The notes below the pieces were generated by a model. That model searched no databases and had not been told where the DNA came from. It saw nothing but the letters and a program-made list of their open reading frames with translations. The position numbers were made by a program, and so were the translations under genes. This document shows, one piece after another, positions 9,348 to 18,946 of a stretch of DNA of 40,560 nt. Source of the DNA: Acidobacteriota bacterium (lineage in GTDB: Bacteria > Acidobacteriota > UBA6911); assembly GCA_035631775.1 (NCBI GenBank), contig DASQID010000195.1:1-40560 (forward strand). Reading direction: 5' to 3'. Position 1 is the first letter of the stretch; each line of letters opens with the position of its first letter.

Positions 9348-9673
9348 ATCGCCCGAACACACTGTCGAAATCGGAAAGACACAGCTTAATTTGACCCGCT
9401 ATAGAAACTTGCGCAGGCTTCGTCGGCTCACTCATGAATAGGTCGCGCTAAAAGACCCTCGCCTTCCAGGTGAGGGATTTGAGCTGTGTCGCCTGAAGGC
9501 GACTGCTGATTGGTATGAGAAGAACTCAAGGAACCTCCATGTCGTACTTCCTGGAGCCTTCGATAGAAAGGTGTTGACAATATCCCCCTCACGAATCTTC
9601 CTTATGGAATGCGTCCAACGGATCCTATGACTTTTTGTGGCTGCATGATGTCTGCGAGCGAGGAGATACGTCC

Positions 9674-10339
9674 ATGAAGGATAAACCGATTGCGATGTTG
9701 CTTTTGGCTGGTGTCTGCATGTTCTGCTGTGCAGCAGGACATGCAGTGACGATCCCTTCAGGGCAGACGCCCGGCACCGGGATGCCGCCACGTGTTCACA
9801 ACCGCCAGGCCACCTCCTTCGCTGAGACCGGGCGGAACGGTTTGCGTTTGGACGAGAGATCCGACAACGGTTTGGCATGGTGGCCTGACATGAGACTCGC
9901 CGACGGCACCATCGAGTTCGACGCGCGGGGAAAGGACGTGTTCCAGAGGAGTTTCATCGGGGTGGCCTTTCATGGCTTCGACGAAAGCACTTACGATGCG
10001 ATTTACTTCCGTCCCTTCAACTTCCGGGCGCCTGATCCTGCCCGGCGGAATCACGCTGTTCAGTACATCGCCATGCCAAATTACGACTGGCAGAAGCTTC
10101 GCAGCGAGCATCCTGACGCATACGAGAAGCCCATTTCTCCGGCACCCTCTCCCGACGAATGGTTTCACGTCCGGATCACCGTGGCACATCCAAAGGTGAG
10201 CGTCTATGTGAATCAACAGACCGAGCCATCTCTAGTGGTCGAGCAACTGAGCAGCCGCAAGTCCGGCTGGATCGGCTTCTGGGTCGGCAACAACTCGGGC
10301 GGCGATTTCGCCAATCTCAAAGTCACCGCCTCGAAATAG
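9674..10339 (+). CDS. Secreted concanavalin A-like/LamG (DUF1080-like) jelly-roll protein
   Basis: AGGAGA sits 7 nt upstream of ATG 9674. Signal peptide MKDKPIAMLLLAGVCMFCCAAGHA. C-terminal GWIGFWVGNNSGGDFANLKV resembles the last strands of DUF1080/LamG folds. Family assignment is by eye only. Confidence 0.5.
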   Translation: MKDKPIAMLLLAGVCMFCCAAGHAVTIPSGQTPGTGMPPRVHNRQATSFAETGRNGLRLDERSDNGLAWWPDMRLADGTIEFDARGKDVFQRSFIGVAFHGFDESTYDAIYFRPFNFRAPDPARRNHAVQYIAMPNYDWQKLRSEHPDAYEKPISPAPSPDEWFHVRITVAHPKVSVYVNQQTEPSLVVEQLSSRKSGWIGFWVGNNSGGDFANLKVTASK

Positions 10340-10413
10340 CCGGACCGGAACCAACAACTCATTCGAGAAACATACCTTTCCCCGCCGCTTGACAAAGCGG
10401 GCAGACGATTTAA

Positions 10414-11811
10414 ATGGACATGGGCTTCCGGTTGAAAGCAGCAGCGGTGGCGGCCTCGATTGCACTAGCTTCACCGGCTCTTTTCGCTCAGATGGCGTCC
10501 GAGGCTTTGGCAAAGAGAAAAATAATCGAAGTTGTCTGCCGGTCGGACGCCGGGCAAAGCTATGCTCTCTACCTTCCCTCGGCCTACTCTCCGGAGAGGG
10601 AATGGCCGATACTTTATTGCCTCGATCCTGGTGCGCGCGGCCGCGTGCCGGTAGCGCTTTTTCAAGATGGCGCTGAGAAATATGGCTACATCATCGTTGG
10701 ATCGAATAATTCCAGGAACCGCCCATTCGAGATCTGCAAGACTGCGATGGAATCCGTTTGGAACGACACGCACGCCAGGTTCACTCTCAGCAAGAAACAG
10801 GTCTTCGGGGCAGGGATGTCCGGCGGTGCCAGGAGCATCTGCAGCCTGGCTCAGCTGACCGGTCTCCTGTCAGGAGTCATCGCCTGTGCAGCCGGCTTTT
10901 CGGGTAGCCAAGTTCCCAGAAGCGTGCCTTATTTCTTCTTTGGCACAGCCGGCACGGACGATTTCAACTATCCGGAGCTGCGGCAACTGGACCGCGACCT
11001 GGAGAAAGTGGGGGCGGTCAAGCGAATCGTCACATTCGACGGCGGACACGATTGGGCGCCGAAGGCGGTATGTACGCAGGCGATCGGGTGGCTGGAACTG
11101 CAATCGATCAAAGCCGGCTTGCGCCGGCGAGACGAGTCGCTGATCGACTCGCTGTTCGGAGAAGCCGTCGCCTCGGTCCGTGCAGCGGAAGGAGATTCCG
11201 CCGCGTCGTACCTTCTCAAGAAGGCACTGGCGGCGGACTTCAGGGGCTTGAGGGACACCGCCGTCTTTGAACGCGAAGCGGATGCGCTGGCTTCGTCCGG
11301 AGAGGTGAAGCGGTTCTTCCGCGAGGAGGAGGAGACCCACCTTCAGCAGGACAGGCGCGGCTCGGAGCTTTACAGCCTGTGGATGATGAAGCAGGAAGGG
11401 TCTCTTGAGGAAACGGGGCTGAGTTCTTTTGCCGTGGAACTCTCAAATCTCAGGAGGCAGGCCGATGCCTCGAAGGACTCAGGCTCACGACGTGTTGCAA
11501 GGAGAGTCCTGCACGGGCTTTATGTTCATGCGGCCGAGCAAGGAAGGGCCGAACTCGAGAAAAACAACTTCACAGGCGCCGCCCGCCTGCTCGAATTGGC
11601 TTCGGCCATCCGACCGGACTCTCCCATCGCCTATTACAATCTGGCCTCCGCTTACGCTAGGGCGGGCGATAAGCGCCGAGCGCTCGACGCGCTGAAAAGG
11701 GCGATGGAAAAGGGCTTCAAAGACGGTCGGAGGGTTTTAGAGGATCCGGCATTTGGGCAGCTTCGCAACGATCCGGGCCTGAAGAAGCTTCTCTCCCGGA
11801 TCAATCAGTGA
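10414..11811 (+). CDS. Secreted alpha/beta-hydrolase (esterase/depolymerase-like) with C-terminal TPR repeats
   Basis: Signal peptide MDMGFRLKAAAVAASIALASPALFAQ. YALYLPSAYSPEREWPILYCLDPGARG. Nucleophile elbow GAGMSGGA. TPR-like AYYNLASAYARAGDKRRALDALKRAMEKGF. Confidence 0.65.
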   Translation: MDMGFRLKAAAVAASIALASPALFAQMASEALAKRKIIEVVCRSDAGQSYALYLPSAYSPEREWPILYCLDPGARGRVPVALFQDGAEKYGYIIVGSNNSRNRPFEICKTAMESVWNDTHARFTLSKKQVFGAGMSGGARSICSLAQLTGLLSGVIACAAGFSGSQVPRSVPYFFFGTAGTDDFNYPELRQLDRDLEKVGAVKRIVTFDGGHDWAPKAVCTQAIGWLELQSIKAGLRRRDESLIDSLFGEAVASVRAAEGDSAASYLLKKALAADFRGLRDTAVFEREADALASSGEVKRFFREEEETHLQQDRRGSELYSLWMMKQEGSLEETGLSSFAVELSNLRRQADASKDSGSRRVARRVLHGLYVHAAEQGRAELEKNNFTGAARLLELASAIRPDSPIAYYNLASAYARAGDKRRALDALKRAMEKGFKDGRRVLEDPAFGQLRNDPGLKKLLSRINQ

Positions 11812-11863
11812 CCTTCGGCTTTCTTCGCGATTTGGCGCTTTGCCTTTATCGGCCGACAATAAG

Positions 11864-11896
11864 GCGCCTGGTGCTGAGCACCGGGCGCGTTTATAC
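11864..11896 (+). terminator. Putative intrinsic terminator downstream of the hydrolase-TPR gene
   Basis: gcgcctggtgc-tga-gcaccgggcgc forms an 11-bp stem with one T:G position, followed by gtttatacatttctt. Confidence 0.45.
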
Positions 11897-11932
11897 ATTT
11901 CTTGATCTGGATCAGACGACCCAGCCCTAAAC

Positions 11933-12210
11933 CAGTTTCTGTCGCGAAACTCCTCTGCGAGCCCTGGAGGGGCGAAAAGATAGTAGCCGGGGGCAAGCGC
12001 AGCGCAGCCCCCGGTAGCGTGCATGATCTGATAAGAGCCCCGAAGGGGCGACAGACAAGACGATGCAAACAAAGACCTTTCGCCCCTGCCGCGGCTCGAC
12101 ATAATGCAATATCCTATCCGGGGGCTTGCGCCCCCGGCTACTTGCTGTGGCCCCTCCGGGTCCCTCCGGGGCCTGACCCGGGCGATTCGTGGAGTTTCGC
12201 GACAGAAACT
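11933..12210. mobile_element. MITE-like palindromic repeat, family A copy 2
   Basis: Perfect TIRs tttctgtcgcgaaactc (11936-11952) and gagtttcgcgacagaaa (12192-12208), extendable to 19 bp. The direct repeat ctaaaccag occurs at both junctions (11927-11935 and 12209-12217). Confidence 0.75.
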
Positions 12211-12333
12211 AAACCAGGATTTCAGAGCCGCCTCGTCACTGTCCGGGCGGCCAATCGAACAGAACCTCCGAAGGGTTCAAACATAGCGGTAATGATCGCG
12301 TATTTGGCGCACGTGTCTTGCAGATCGTGACCT

Positions 12334-12363
12334 GCGACGGGTCACGGACCCGTCGCCACAGGA
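12334..12363. repeat. REP-like hairpin motif, family C copy 2
   Basis: gcgacgggtc-acg-gacccgtcgc followed by cacagga. It lies 20 nt beyond the stop of the 967-aa gene. No T-run follows on either strand. Confidence 0.6.
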
Positions 12364-12382
12364 CTCAAGTCAGGAGGCCTTG

Positions 12383-15286
12383 CTATAAACTCTGAGTCGC
12401 GGCCTGGGCGACGGATTCGATCGCGATACCAATCAGCGCGGAGCAGTAGTCCAGATCAATATTCGCCATCGTGTCTTTGGTGTCGTGATATCCCGTCCGG
12501 TTGATGTCATAGTTTTCCATGAACAGCACGACCGGTACTCCGGCATCCGAAAAGATCTGGCCATCTGTGTTGTACAGCGTGCTGCGCGGATCCGCGGGCA
12601 GGCGCACCTCTCCATGAAGTTCGGGGTGCAGGGCGATCTCCGGAATTCTCCGGCCGTCAGGACTGCGCACGCCACGAGTTCGCCCGCGGCGGCTGGCCCG
12701 CTTGTTCCACTGCCTCGTCATCCGATTCCAGGTCTCGTTGGCACCGTGCGCCAGCAGGGCCAGATTCATGGATTCCGGCCCGGTTCCCGGCGAGATCTGA
12801 AAAACGTCGCGGTCGCGCTCATTGTTATGTCCCACCATGTCCAGCACAAATGCAGCTGCCACCCGGACACGCGATAAGTCCATTTTGCGCCCTTTAGGTA
12901 GCCGTAGCTGCAGATTGCGCTGAACCAGACGCTGGCACAGGTACCTGGCACCCATGCAGTCCGAAGGAAATTCCTCGCCCGTAAGATGGACCAGCCATAC
13001 ATCGCAGCCCAGCCGACCTTTCCTGCTGAGCTCGAGGAGGATCGGCGCCGCTTGCATGAGTGCTGTCGTTCCAGAATGGTTGTCATCGGCGCCTGCGGCG
13101 GCAAGGCGGGCGCCGCTGCCGCCCCGCGTCTTGTCATATACGTCTTCCATGTAGGCAGTATCATAGTGATCGGCCATGATGACGGCTCTCCCGCGGTCGC
13201 GTCCCGGAATGACCACGATCAGGTTGCGTTCTTCGATTTCATCCCGCTGATTTCGCAGCCAGCCGCCCATCCAGTTGAAATCAAAATCGGTCTGCCAGCG
13301 GAACGGAAGATCGCCTGCCACTGCCCTGCCCCTCATTCCACAGGCAGTGATGGAGCGCCTGTAGTGATCGAGCAGATAATCCCCAAGAGCTTCCAGGTCA
13401 CGATGGTGATGCTTCAGCTTGGAGTGTGTCACCGGATCCCGAACGCAATCGGCGTTATCCTTGTTGACAAACCATCCTTCTGCCAGGCGGGCGATATTCT
13501 TCCAGCATTGAACCTCGAAAGATCTGCGTGCCGAGCGGGAGAAGGTCAAGGATTCGGCGGGTGCAGCGGGCTCATCCGGTTCGAGCAACTCTGCGATCGA
13601 GCGCGCCAGCTGCCGGCCCTCCTCGCGGTCCCTTGCGTGCTCTTCCAACAGTAGAAACCAGTCCTCGATGGCTTTTTGCTTCGAAAGGGTAAGCAGACAG
13701 CGGGCGAAGGAACGCGGGAGCTGCCGGGTGCCGAACATCTCTTTTGCGTGGAGAAGCCTTAGCGATTCCAGACAGAGGTGGTGACAGAGGGCGTCCTCGT
13801 TGTGTTCGAAGACGCGAAGTGCCGTTGACTGCGGCTCGCGTTGAAGAATGCGCGGCCAGAGCCGCCACGATCTGTTTGGACGTGGATGCTCGGAGTGATA
13901 GGCCGTAATGTAGCCGGAGGGAGCATCGGGCATGACTGTCGGGACGCCGGTTTCCCGTGACAGGTAGGCGACAAGAGGGCGTTGCCAGTAGACCTCCCAA
14001 GGCCCGACACGCATCGCAGGGTATTGGAAGCGGTATCCGAACAATCCTCCCTCCGCGACGGCATCGATCGCTTTGTGGATTTCAGCGCGTGATGCGCGGG
14101 GTCCGTCAAGAAGGAGATGATGGTCGTGCGACCAAAGCTGCACGTTGCGTGCCATGGGTTTTCCATACAGCTCCACGTCTCCCGGATCAGCGCTGAAAAG
14201 CACATGGGCCAGCTTGTCCTCCCGACCTAGAAGCAAGAGCTCGTCCTGGTGGCGCAAAATCCGCGCCCAGCGGTGGGTGCGCATATAGCTGTTTCGGATG
14301 GGCCCGCGCTCAGGCGGCGGCACGCCCTGGCGCGGCTCGTGCATCCAACCTGACTGGGGAATCCGTAATCCTCCGGGCCCTTCGTGGCGGGCCGCCAGGT
14401 GAAGCAAGGGGATTTGCATGGCGAGCGGTAGTTCCCGCCCTAAGCGGAGATAGTCCGGAACATTCCAGAATATCAGGCTTCCCGGGAAGGGGAGCAGGTG
14501 AAGTTCACCCGACAGGTATGCCCGCCTCACCTGCTCGGGCAGGGAGGCAAACGGCTGAAAGGTCAGGATGTACTTGACGGAGCGGAGCGAATCGCCGGTT
14601 CTTAAGAGGCAGGATTCCGTCCACCCGGGCAACTGGTCCGCGCTCCGGTTGCCTGACGGGGAATCGGCTGCTTCGGGGAGAATGCGGAAGCCCTCCTGCC
14701 TCAGATCGCTCGACGGCTCAAGGGATTCCCCATACGCCGCCGCCAGGAGCCTTTGGATGAACCTGCGGGAATGCTCCTCCCGCAGTTCACGGTTCGGGGC
14801 CGTGAAGAAACTGTTCCAGAAGGCTGAGGATGGTCCCTGCTCGCTCCCGCCGAACAACGTCCAGCGGATGCGCCCCTTGTCGTCCTGCGTTCGCGAGAAT
14901 GCCAGAGGCAGGATCAGAACGTAGCGCTCGTGTCTGAGGAAACCGGCGCGATAGCCCAGTTCAGGTGGCCAGCAGGGATTGCCCATCAGTTTATTTTTGG
15001 CTATGCCGTGCGCCGCCTCGCCGCAACCGAGATGTACCAATGCGCCGGCAATCTGGTGTGCCACCTTTTCCAGACCGGGGCGAAATTCGAGGAACTCCTC
15101 CGCTTCGGTGACGGGCCAACCCCATGGGTCGTCCTTCGCGAACAGATGCTCATCTTCAGTACCGTAAGGCTTCACGCCGAGATGCGGCGCCGGCATGAAT
15201 TCCGAGTATGCGTCGATGCGGTGGTTCCGATACTGCTTCGCATTCTTTGCGTCGGTAAAGAGCCTCTTCCAACCATGCGCCGGCAT
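12383..15286 (-). CDS. Large cytoplasmic protein: N-terminal region of about 685 aa of unknown function fused to a C-terminal M28-family metallopeptidase domain
   Basis: GGGAG sits 6 nt upstream of the ATG. No signal peptide or TM segment. The M28 metal-ligand motifs all appear present: MADHYD, GADDNHSG, LTGEEFP, VLDMVGHN, GYHDTKD. The N-terminal region has no motif I recognise. Confidence 0.8.
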   Translation of the reverse strand: MPAHGWKRLFTDAKNAKQYRNHRIDAYSEFMPAPHLGVKPYGTEDEHLFAKDDPWGWPVTEAEEFLEFRPGLEKVAHQIAGALVHLGCGEAAHGIAKNKLMGNPCWPPELGYRAGFLRHERYVLILPLAFSRTQDDKGRIRWTLFGGSEQGPSSAFWNSFFTAPNRELREEHSRRFIQRLLAAAYGESLEPSSDLRQEGFRILPEAADSPSGNRSADQLPGWTESCLLRTGDSLRSVKYILTFQPFASLPEQVRRAYLSGELHLLPFPGSLIFWNVPDYLRLGRELPLAMQIPLLHLAARHEGPGGLRIPQSGWMHEPRQGVPPPERGPIRNSYMRTHRWARILRHQDELLLLGREDKLAHVLFSADPGDVELYGKPMARNVQLWSHDHHLLLDGPRASRAEIHKAIDAVAEGGLFGYRFQYPAMRVGPWEVYWQRPLVAYLSRETGVPTVMPDAPSGYITAYHSEHPRPNRSWRLWPRILQREPQSTALRVFEHNEDALCHHLCLESLRLLHAKEMFGTRQLPRSFARCLLTLSKQKAIEDWFLLLEEHARDREEGRQLARSIAELLEPDEPAAPAESLTFSRSARRSFEVQCWKNIARLAEGWFVNKDNADCVRDPVTHSKLKHHHRDLEALGDYLLDHYRRSITACGMRGRAVAGDLPFRWQTDFDFNWMGGWLRNQRDEIEERNLIVVIPGRDRGRAVIMADHYDTAYMEDVYDKTRGGSGARLAAAGADDNHSGTTALMQAAPILLELSRKGRLGCDVWLVHLTGEEFPSDCMGARYLCQRLVQRNLQLRLPKGRKMDLSRVRVAAAFVLDMVGHNNERDRDVFQISPGTGPESMNLALLAHGANETWNRMTRQWNKRASRRGRTRGVRSPDGRRIPEIALHPELHGEVRLPADPRSTLYNTDGQIFSDAGVPVVLFMENYDINRTGYHDTKDTMANIDLDYCSALIGIAIESVAQAATQSL

Positions 15287-15391
15287 TCATGTCTCCCATC
15301 TGAGCTGTGTCGATGCGGAACGAGCAGAGACAAGCATAATCTGCCGATAACCCCAGATCAACGCAGACAGAGGCTCGTGTTCACGATCCCT

Positions 15392-17449
15392 TCAGGCTTT
15401 TCCGAGTGTGGTCCTGCCGAGGGGCGTGATCTCGAGTTTCTTGCCCGATTCGGGCGAGGTTGACAGATAGCCCTTGGCCCACATGGCGAGGACATCCGAG
15501 AGGTTTTCCTCGTAGCCTTTGTCGCTGCTCAGCGATCTGGCAATCTCGGCAGGCGAGAGGGCACCGTTGGCTTCGGCGGCAAGCTTGAGAATCGCAATAC
15601 CTGTTGTTCGGGCGACTTTGCGCTTTTTCAATTCGTCGGCCGCGATACTCCGATACCTGGCCTCGTGTGGTTCTCCCTCCTTGGGCTCCGAATCGGAGGC
15701 AGGCTGAACGCGTGGAACCTTGAGTTCGCCGCCTGTGGCGGGAACTGGGGACTCGCTCGCCAGCATCCTCCTCGCAATGGTCTGCAGGCCTTCCATCGGG
15801 AGACCTTGAAGAGACCCGAAACCGCGCAGCTTTCGCCACCGCGCTGGAAGCTTCTTCGAGGAACTGCCGCCGAGAAACCGTGCATACCGTACGGGATCCA
15901 AAGGCCCATCCGCTTCAAACACAGACCGATGTTCTCTCAACAGGGTCTCCGCTTCTTGTAATGCCGCGGCCTCGCGCAGCCTTTCACTTCCGCCGTCGCA
16001 TGCAGAACAGTTGCCGCATCTGTGGGTCTGCGGTACAGACTCTCCGAAATATGATAGGAGGTGTGTTCGGTGACAATCGGGATCAGTGCAATATCGGATC
16101 ACCTCTTCGAGCCGCTTATAATCGGCACTTCGTCGAGCGTAGAGGTTGCTCAGAGAAATGTAAGCTTTTGCAGGATCCCGTGGATCACGATGCAACAACC
16201 CATCCTCGTCGCGCCAGACACGGCGTTGTTCCATGAGCGCGTGCAATGCTACATTCAGCTGCTCGTCGCTCAATCCACCGGACGCAAGCCGCAGTCCGTC
16301 CGGGGAAGTGCCCTGCGGAGAGACAAGAGCATACAGCTCGAGCACCTGTTCGCGGCTGGGGTAACGGTTGCGCAGGAAGAAATGAGCCAGCGAGACGTCC
16401 TTCGTGCTGTAAAGCGTGATGCAGCGCGCCGGGGCCCCGTCGCGTCCCGAGCGTCCTGCTTCCTGATAGTAGGCCTCGAGCGAAGCAGGATGTTGGTAGT
16501 GAACTACGGTGCGGACGTCGGGCTTATCAATGCCCATTCCGAATGCGACCGTCGCGACGGCAACCGGCTTTTCTCCCGACAACCAGGCTTCCTGGGCTCT
16601 GCGCCTCGCCTGGGCCTCCATGCCCGCGTGGTACGGCACAGCGCCAAACCCGGCGCGCGTGAGTGCGGCGGCGATCTCGTCCGCATCTTTGCGGCGCCCT
16701 ACATAAACGATGTGGGAACCCTGTTCCCTCGCGGCATTCAGGATCATCCGCAAATACTGCATCTTCTCCGGAGTCGTACAGGGGTGAACTTCAAACCTGA
16801 GGTTGGGGCGGTCGAACAGGCCGACAAAAACAAAGGGTTTGATCAGCTCCAGGCGTGCAAGAATTTCCTTTCGCGTCGCCGGTGTCGCAGTCGCTGTTAA
16901 GGCAAGCACGGGCGCAGGCCGGATCGTCGGTACGACATCTCTCAAAGCCAGATAGGAAGGCCTGAAATCATATCCCCACTGATTCACGCAGTGCGCTTCG
17001 TCGATCACGAAAAGCTTGGGCTTCAGCGTGAGTATATGCTCGCGGAAACCTGCGAATTCGAAGCGCTCGGGAGCAACGTACAACAGCGCTGCCCTGCCGG
17101 AATGCACCTGTGCCAGTGCTTTCCGGGCATCATCGGCGGATTGATTCGAGTGCAGGGCAACCGCGAGCCGGCTCCCGCGGCGGTTGAAAGCGTCGACCTG
17201 GTCCTTCATCAGGGCGATGAGTGGTGAGACCACCACCGTTACGCCGGGCATGGTCAGCGCCGGAAGTTGATAGATGAGGGACTTTCCTCCACCCGTAGGC
17301 AGCACGCCCAGAGCATCACGCCCCGAGAGCACAGCCTGAATCAACTCCAGCTGGCCGGGACGGAAATCCGCAAATCCGAATTCCCGCTTGAGGGCCCCGC
17401 GCAGTTCTTCCGGCGTTGGACGGGGAAGTGTTTTCAATCCGCTGCTCAT
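15392..17449 (-). CDS. recQ: RecQ-family ATP-dependent DNA helicase
   Basis: Motif [21 protein letters not shown] box [25 protein letters not shown]. Zn-binding [12 protein letters not shown]...[11 protein letters not shown] 17449 is preferred over TTG 17452. Confidence 0.9.
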   Translation of the reverse strand: MSSGLKTLPRPTPEELRGALKREFGFADFRPGQLELIQAVLSGRDALGVLPTGGGKSLIYQLPALTMPGVTVVVSPLIALMKDQVDAFNRRGSRLAVALHSNQSADDARKALAQVHSGRAALLYVAPERFEFAGFREHILTLKPKLFVIDEAHCVNQWGYDFRPSYLALRDVVPTIRPAPVLALTATATPATRKEILARLELIKPFVFVGLFDRPNLRFEVHPCTTPEKMQYLRMILNAAREQGSHIVYVGRRKDADEIAAALTRAGFGAVPYHAGMEAQARRRAQEAWLSGEKPVAVATVAFGMGIDKPDVRTVVHYQHPASLEAYYQEAGRSGRDGAPARCITLYSTKDVSLAHFFLRNRYPSREQVLELYALVSPQGTSPDGLRLASGGLSDEQLNVALHALMEQRRVWRDEDGLLHRDPRDPAKAYISLSNLYARRSADYKRLEEVIRYCTDPDCHRTHLLSYFGESVPQTHRCGNCSACDGGSERLREAAALQEAETLLREHRSVFEADGPLDPVRYARFLGGSSSKKLPARWRKLRGFGSLQGLPMEGLQTIARRMLASESPVPATGGELKVPRVQPASDSEPKEGEPHEARYRSIAADELKKRKVARTTGIAILKLAAEANGALSPAEIARSLSSDKGYEENLSDVLAMWAKGYLSTSPESGKKLEITPLGRTTLGKA

Positions 17450-17543
17450 CAATCGCGACTCTTCGAATTCTTGGCAATCGATCCCGATTTATGCTATTGA
17501 ATTTCCAGAACTTTGCAACCTCCTTCCACTCGGGTAAGAGAAT

Positions 17544-18926
17544 ATGCATTTCAGGCAGTTTTACCTTGGTTGCCTGGCACATGCGTCCTATCTCATAGGA
17601 TGCGATGGCGAGGCCGCTGTGGTGGATCCGCAGCGCGATGTCGATATCTACCTGGAAGACGCCCGCCAGCAGGGTCTGAAGATACGCCACGTCATCGAAA
17701 CGCACCTTCATGCCGATTTTGTCTCAGGCCACCGCGAATTGGCTGCGCGTACCGGCGCCAAGGTGTACTTTGGCGCGGCTGCGGGTGCCAGGTTCGAACA
17801 CACACCGGTGCACGAAGGTGACCAGGTGCACATGGGCGACGTTGATCTGCGGTTCCTGGAAACCCCCGGCCATACACCGGAATCCATCTCCATTCTCGTG
17901 TTTGACTTGGCAAAGTCCTTGCAGGAGCCCGAAGCCGTGCTCACCGGCGATACCCTTTTCATTGGCGATGTGGGACGTCCCGATCTACTGGGCGCCAGGA
18001 TGACCGCGGCTGAACTTGCAGGCCTGCTCTATCGTTCGCTGCACACGAAACTGATGCGTCTGCCCGACCACGTGAAAGTATTTCCCGCGCACGGTCCCGG
18101 CTCTCTTTGTGGAAGGAATATCTCCAGTGAAAAAAGCTCCACGATCGGCCGCGAGCGCCGCTTCAACTATGCTCTGAAACCGATGTCGGAGGACGAGTTT
18201 GTGAAGATGATGACCGTCGATCTTCCCGAGACGCCCCGGTATTTCGGCCGAGATGTGGAAATGAACCGCTCCGGCCCCGCCATCCTCACCCAACTCCCGG
18301 ACGTGCCGCCTCTGGAACCCGACGCAGCGATACAAAAGATGAACCAGGGAGGCGTCCTCCTGGACACAAGGCCTTCGGCGCAGTTCGGAGCCGATCACAT
18401 TGCCGGGGCCATCAACATCGGCCTCGGCGGACAGTTCGCCTCCTGGGCCGGAACGCTCATCCGGGAAGATTCTCAGATAATCCTGGTGGCTGAGAGCCAT
18501 GACGAAGTGAAGGAAGCACGCATCCGCCTCGCGCGCGTGGGTATGGAAAATGTCACTGGCTACCTGGCCGGGGGAATTCCCGCGTGGAGCGAGGCAGGCA
18601 TGCCGCTGAGCTCGATCGAACAGATCGGAGTCGATGAACTGAACTCCCGGCTGGGGGAGGTGAATCCGCCGCAGGTTGTGGATGTCCGCCGTCCAATGGA
18701 GTGGCAGGCCGGTCACATTTCGGGCGCCAGGCACATTCCACTTCACGAACTTCCGCGACAGGCCGGCTTCCTCCAAAGGCAGGGACCTCTGGCTGTGATT
18801 TGTGCCGGCGGCTACCGGTCATCGATTGCTAGCGGCCTCCTCGAGAGCATGGGCTTCAAGGCGATTTCGAACGTGATCGGCGGAATGAGCGCCTGGACCG
18901 CCGCCCAATACGCAATAGTCACGTGA
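17544..18926 (+). CDS. MBL-fold hydrolase fused to two rhodanese domains (persulfide dioxygenase/sulfurtransferase-like)
   Basis: Metal motif ETHLHADFVSGH and TPGHTPES. C-terminal rhodanese active-site loop VICAGGYRSS, preceded by a first rhodanese-like repeat. Confidence 0.8.
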   Translation: MHFRQFYLGCLAHASYLIGCDGEAAVVDPQRDVDIYLEDARQQGLKIRHVIETHLHADFVSGHRELAARTGAKVYFGAAAGARFEHTPVHEGDQVHMGDVDLRFLETPGHTPESISILVFDLAKSLQEPEAVLTGDTLFIGDVGRPDLLGARMTAAELAGLLYRSLHTKLMRLPDHVKVFPAHGPGSLCGRNISSEKSSTIGRERRFNYALKPMSEDEFVKMMTVDLPETPRYFGRDVEMNRSGPAILTQLPDVPPLEPDAAIQKMNQGGVLLDTRPSAQFGADHIAGAINIGLGGQFASWAGTLIREDSQIILVAESHDEVKEARIRLARVGMENVTGYLAGGIPAWSEAGMPLSSIEQIGVDELNSRLGEVNPPQVVDVRRPMEWQAGHISGARHIPLHELPRQAGFLQRQGPLAVICAGGYRSSIASGLLESMGFKAISNVIGGMSAWTAAQYAIVT

Positions 18927-18946
18927 TCGTGACGATAACCGCTATT

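Noticed and set aside
9138-9673. Possible wspR pseudogene or small gene in the 535-nt gap after cheB
   Set aside because: No plus-strand ORF of useful length is present, and I saw no GGDEF/GGEEF or receiver-like peptide in the listed frames. The minus-strand 148-aa ORF (9432-9878) is Arg-rich and overlaps the next gene's start. A degraded remnant cannot be excluded without a translated profile search.
11737-12330. Several 60-142-aa ORFs on both strands between the hydrolase-TPR gene and the M28 fusion
   Set aside because: They span the second family-A element and the hairpin repeat. They mutually overlap, are low in complexity and have no ribosome-binding sites.
16061-16900. 279-aa ORF on the plus strand. 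The same reasoning covers 17985-18776 (minus), 12986-13654 (plus) and 6879-7484 (minus).
   Set aside because: All of these lie antisense within strongly supported genes (recQ, the MBL-rhodanese gene, the M28 fusion, cheA). Their composition is that of GC-rich antisense frames.
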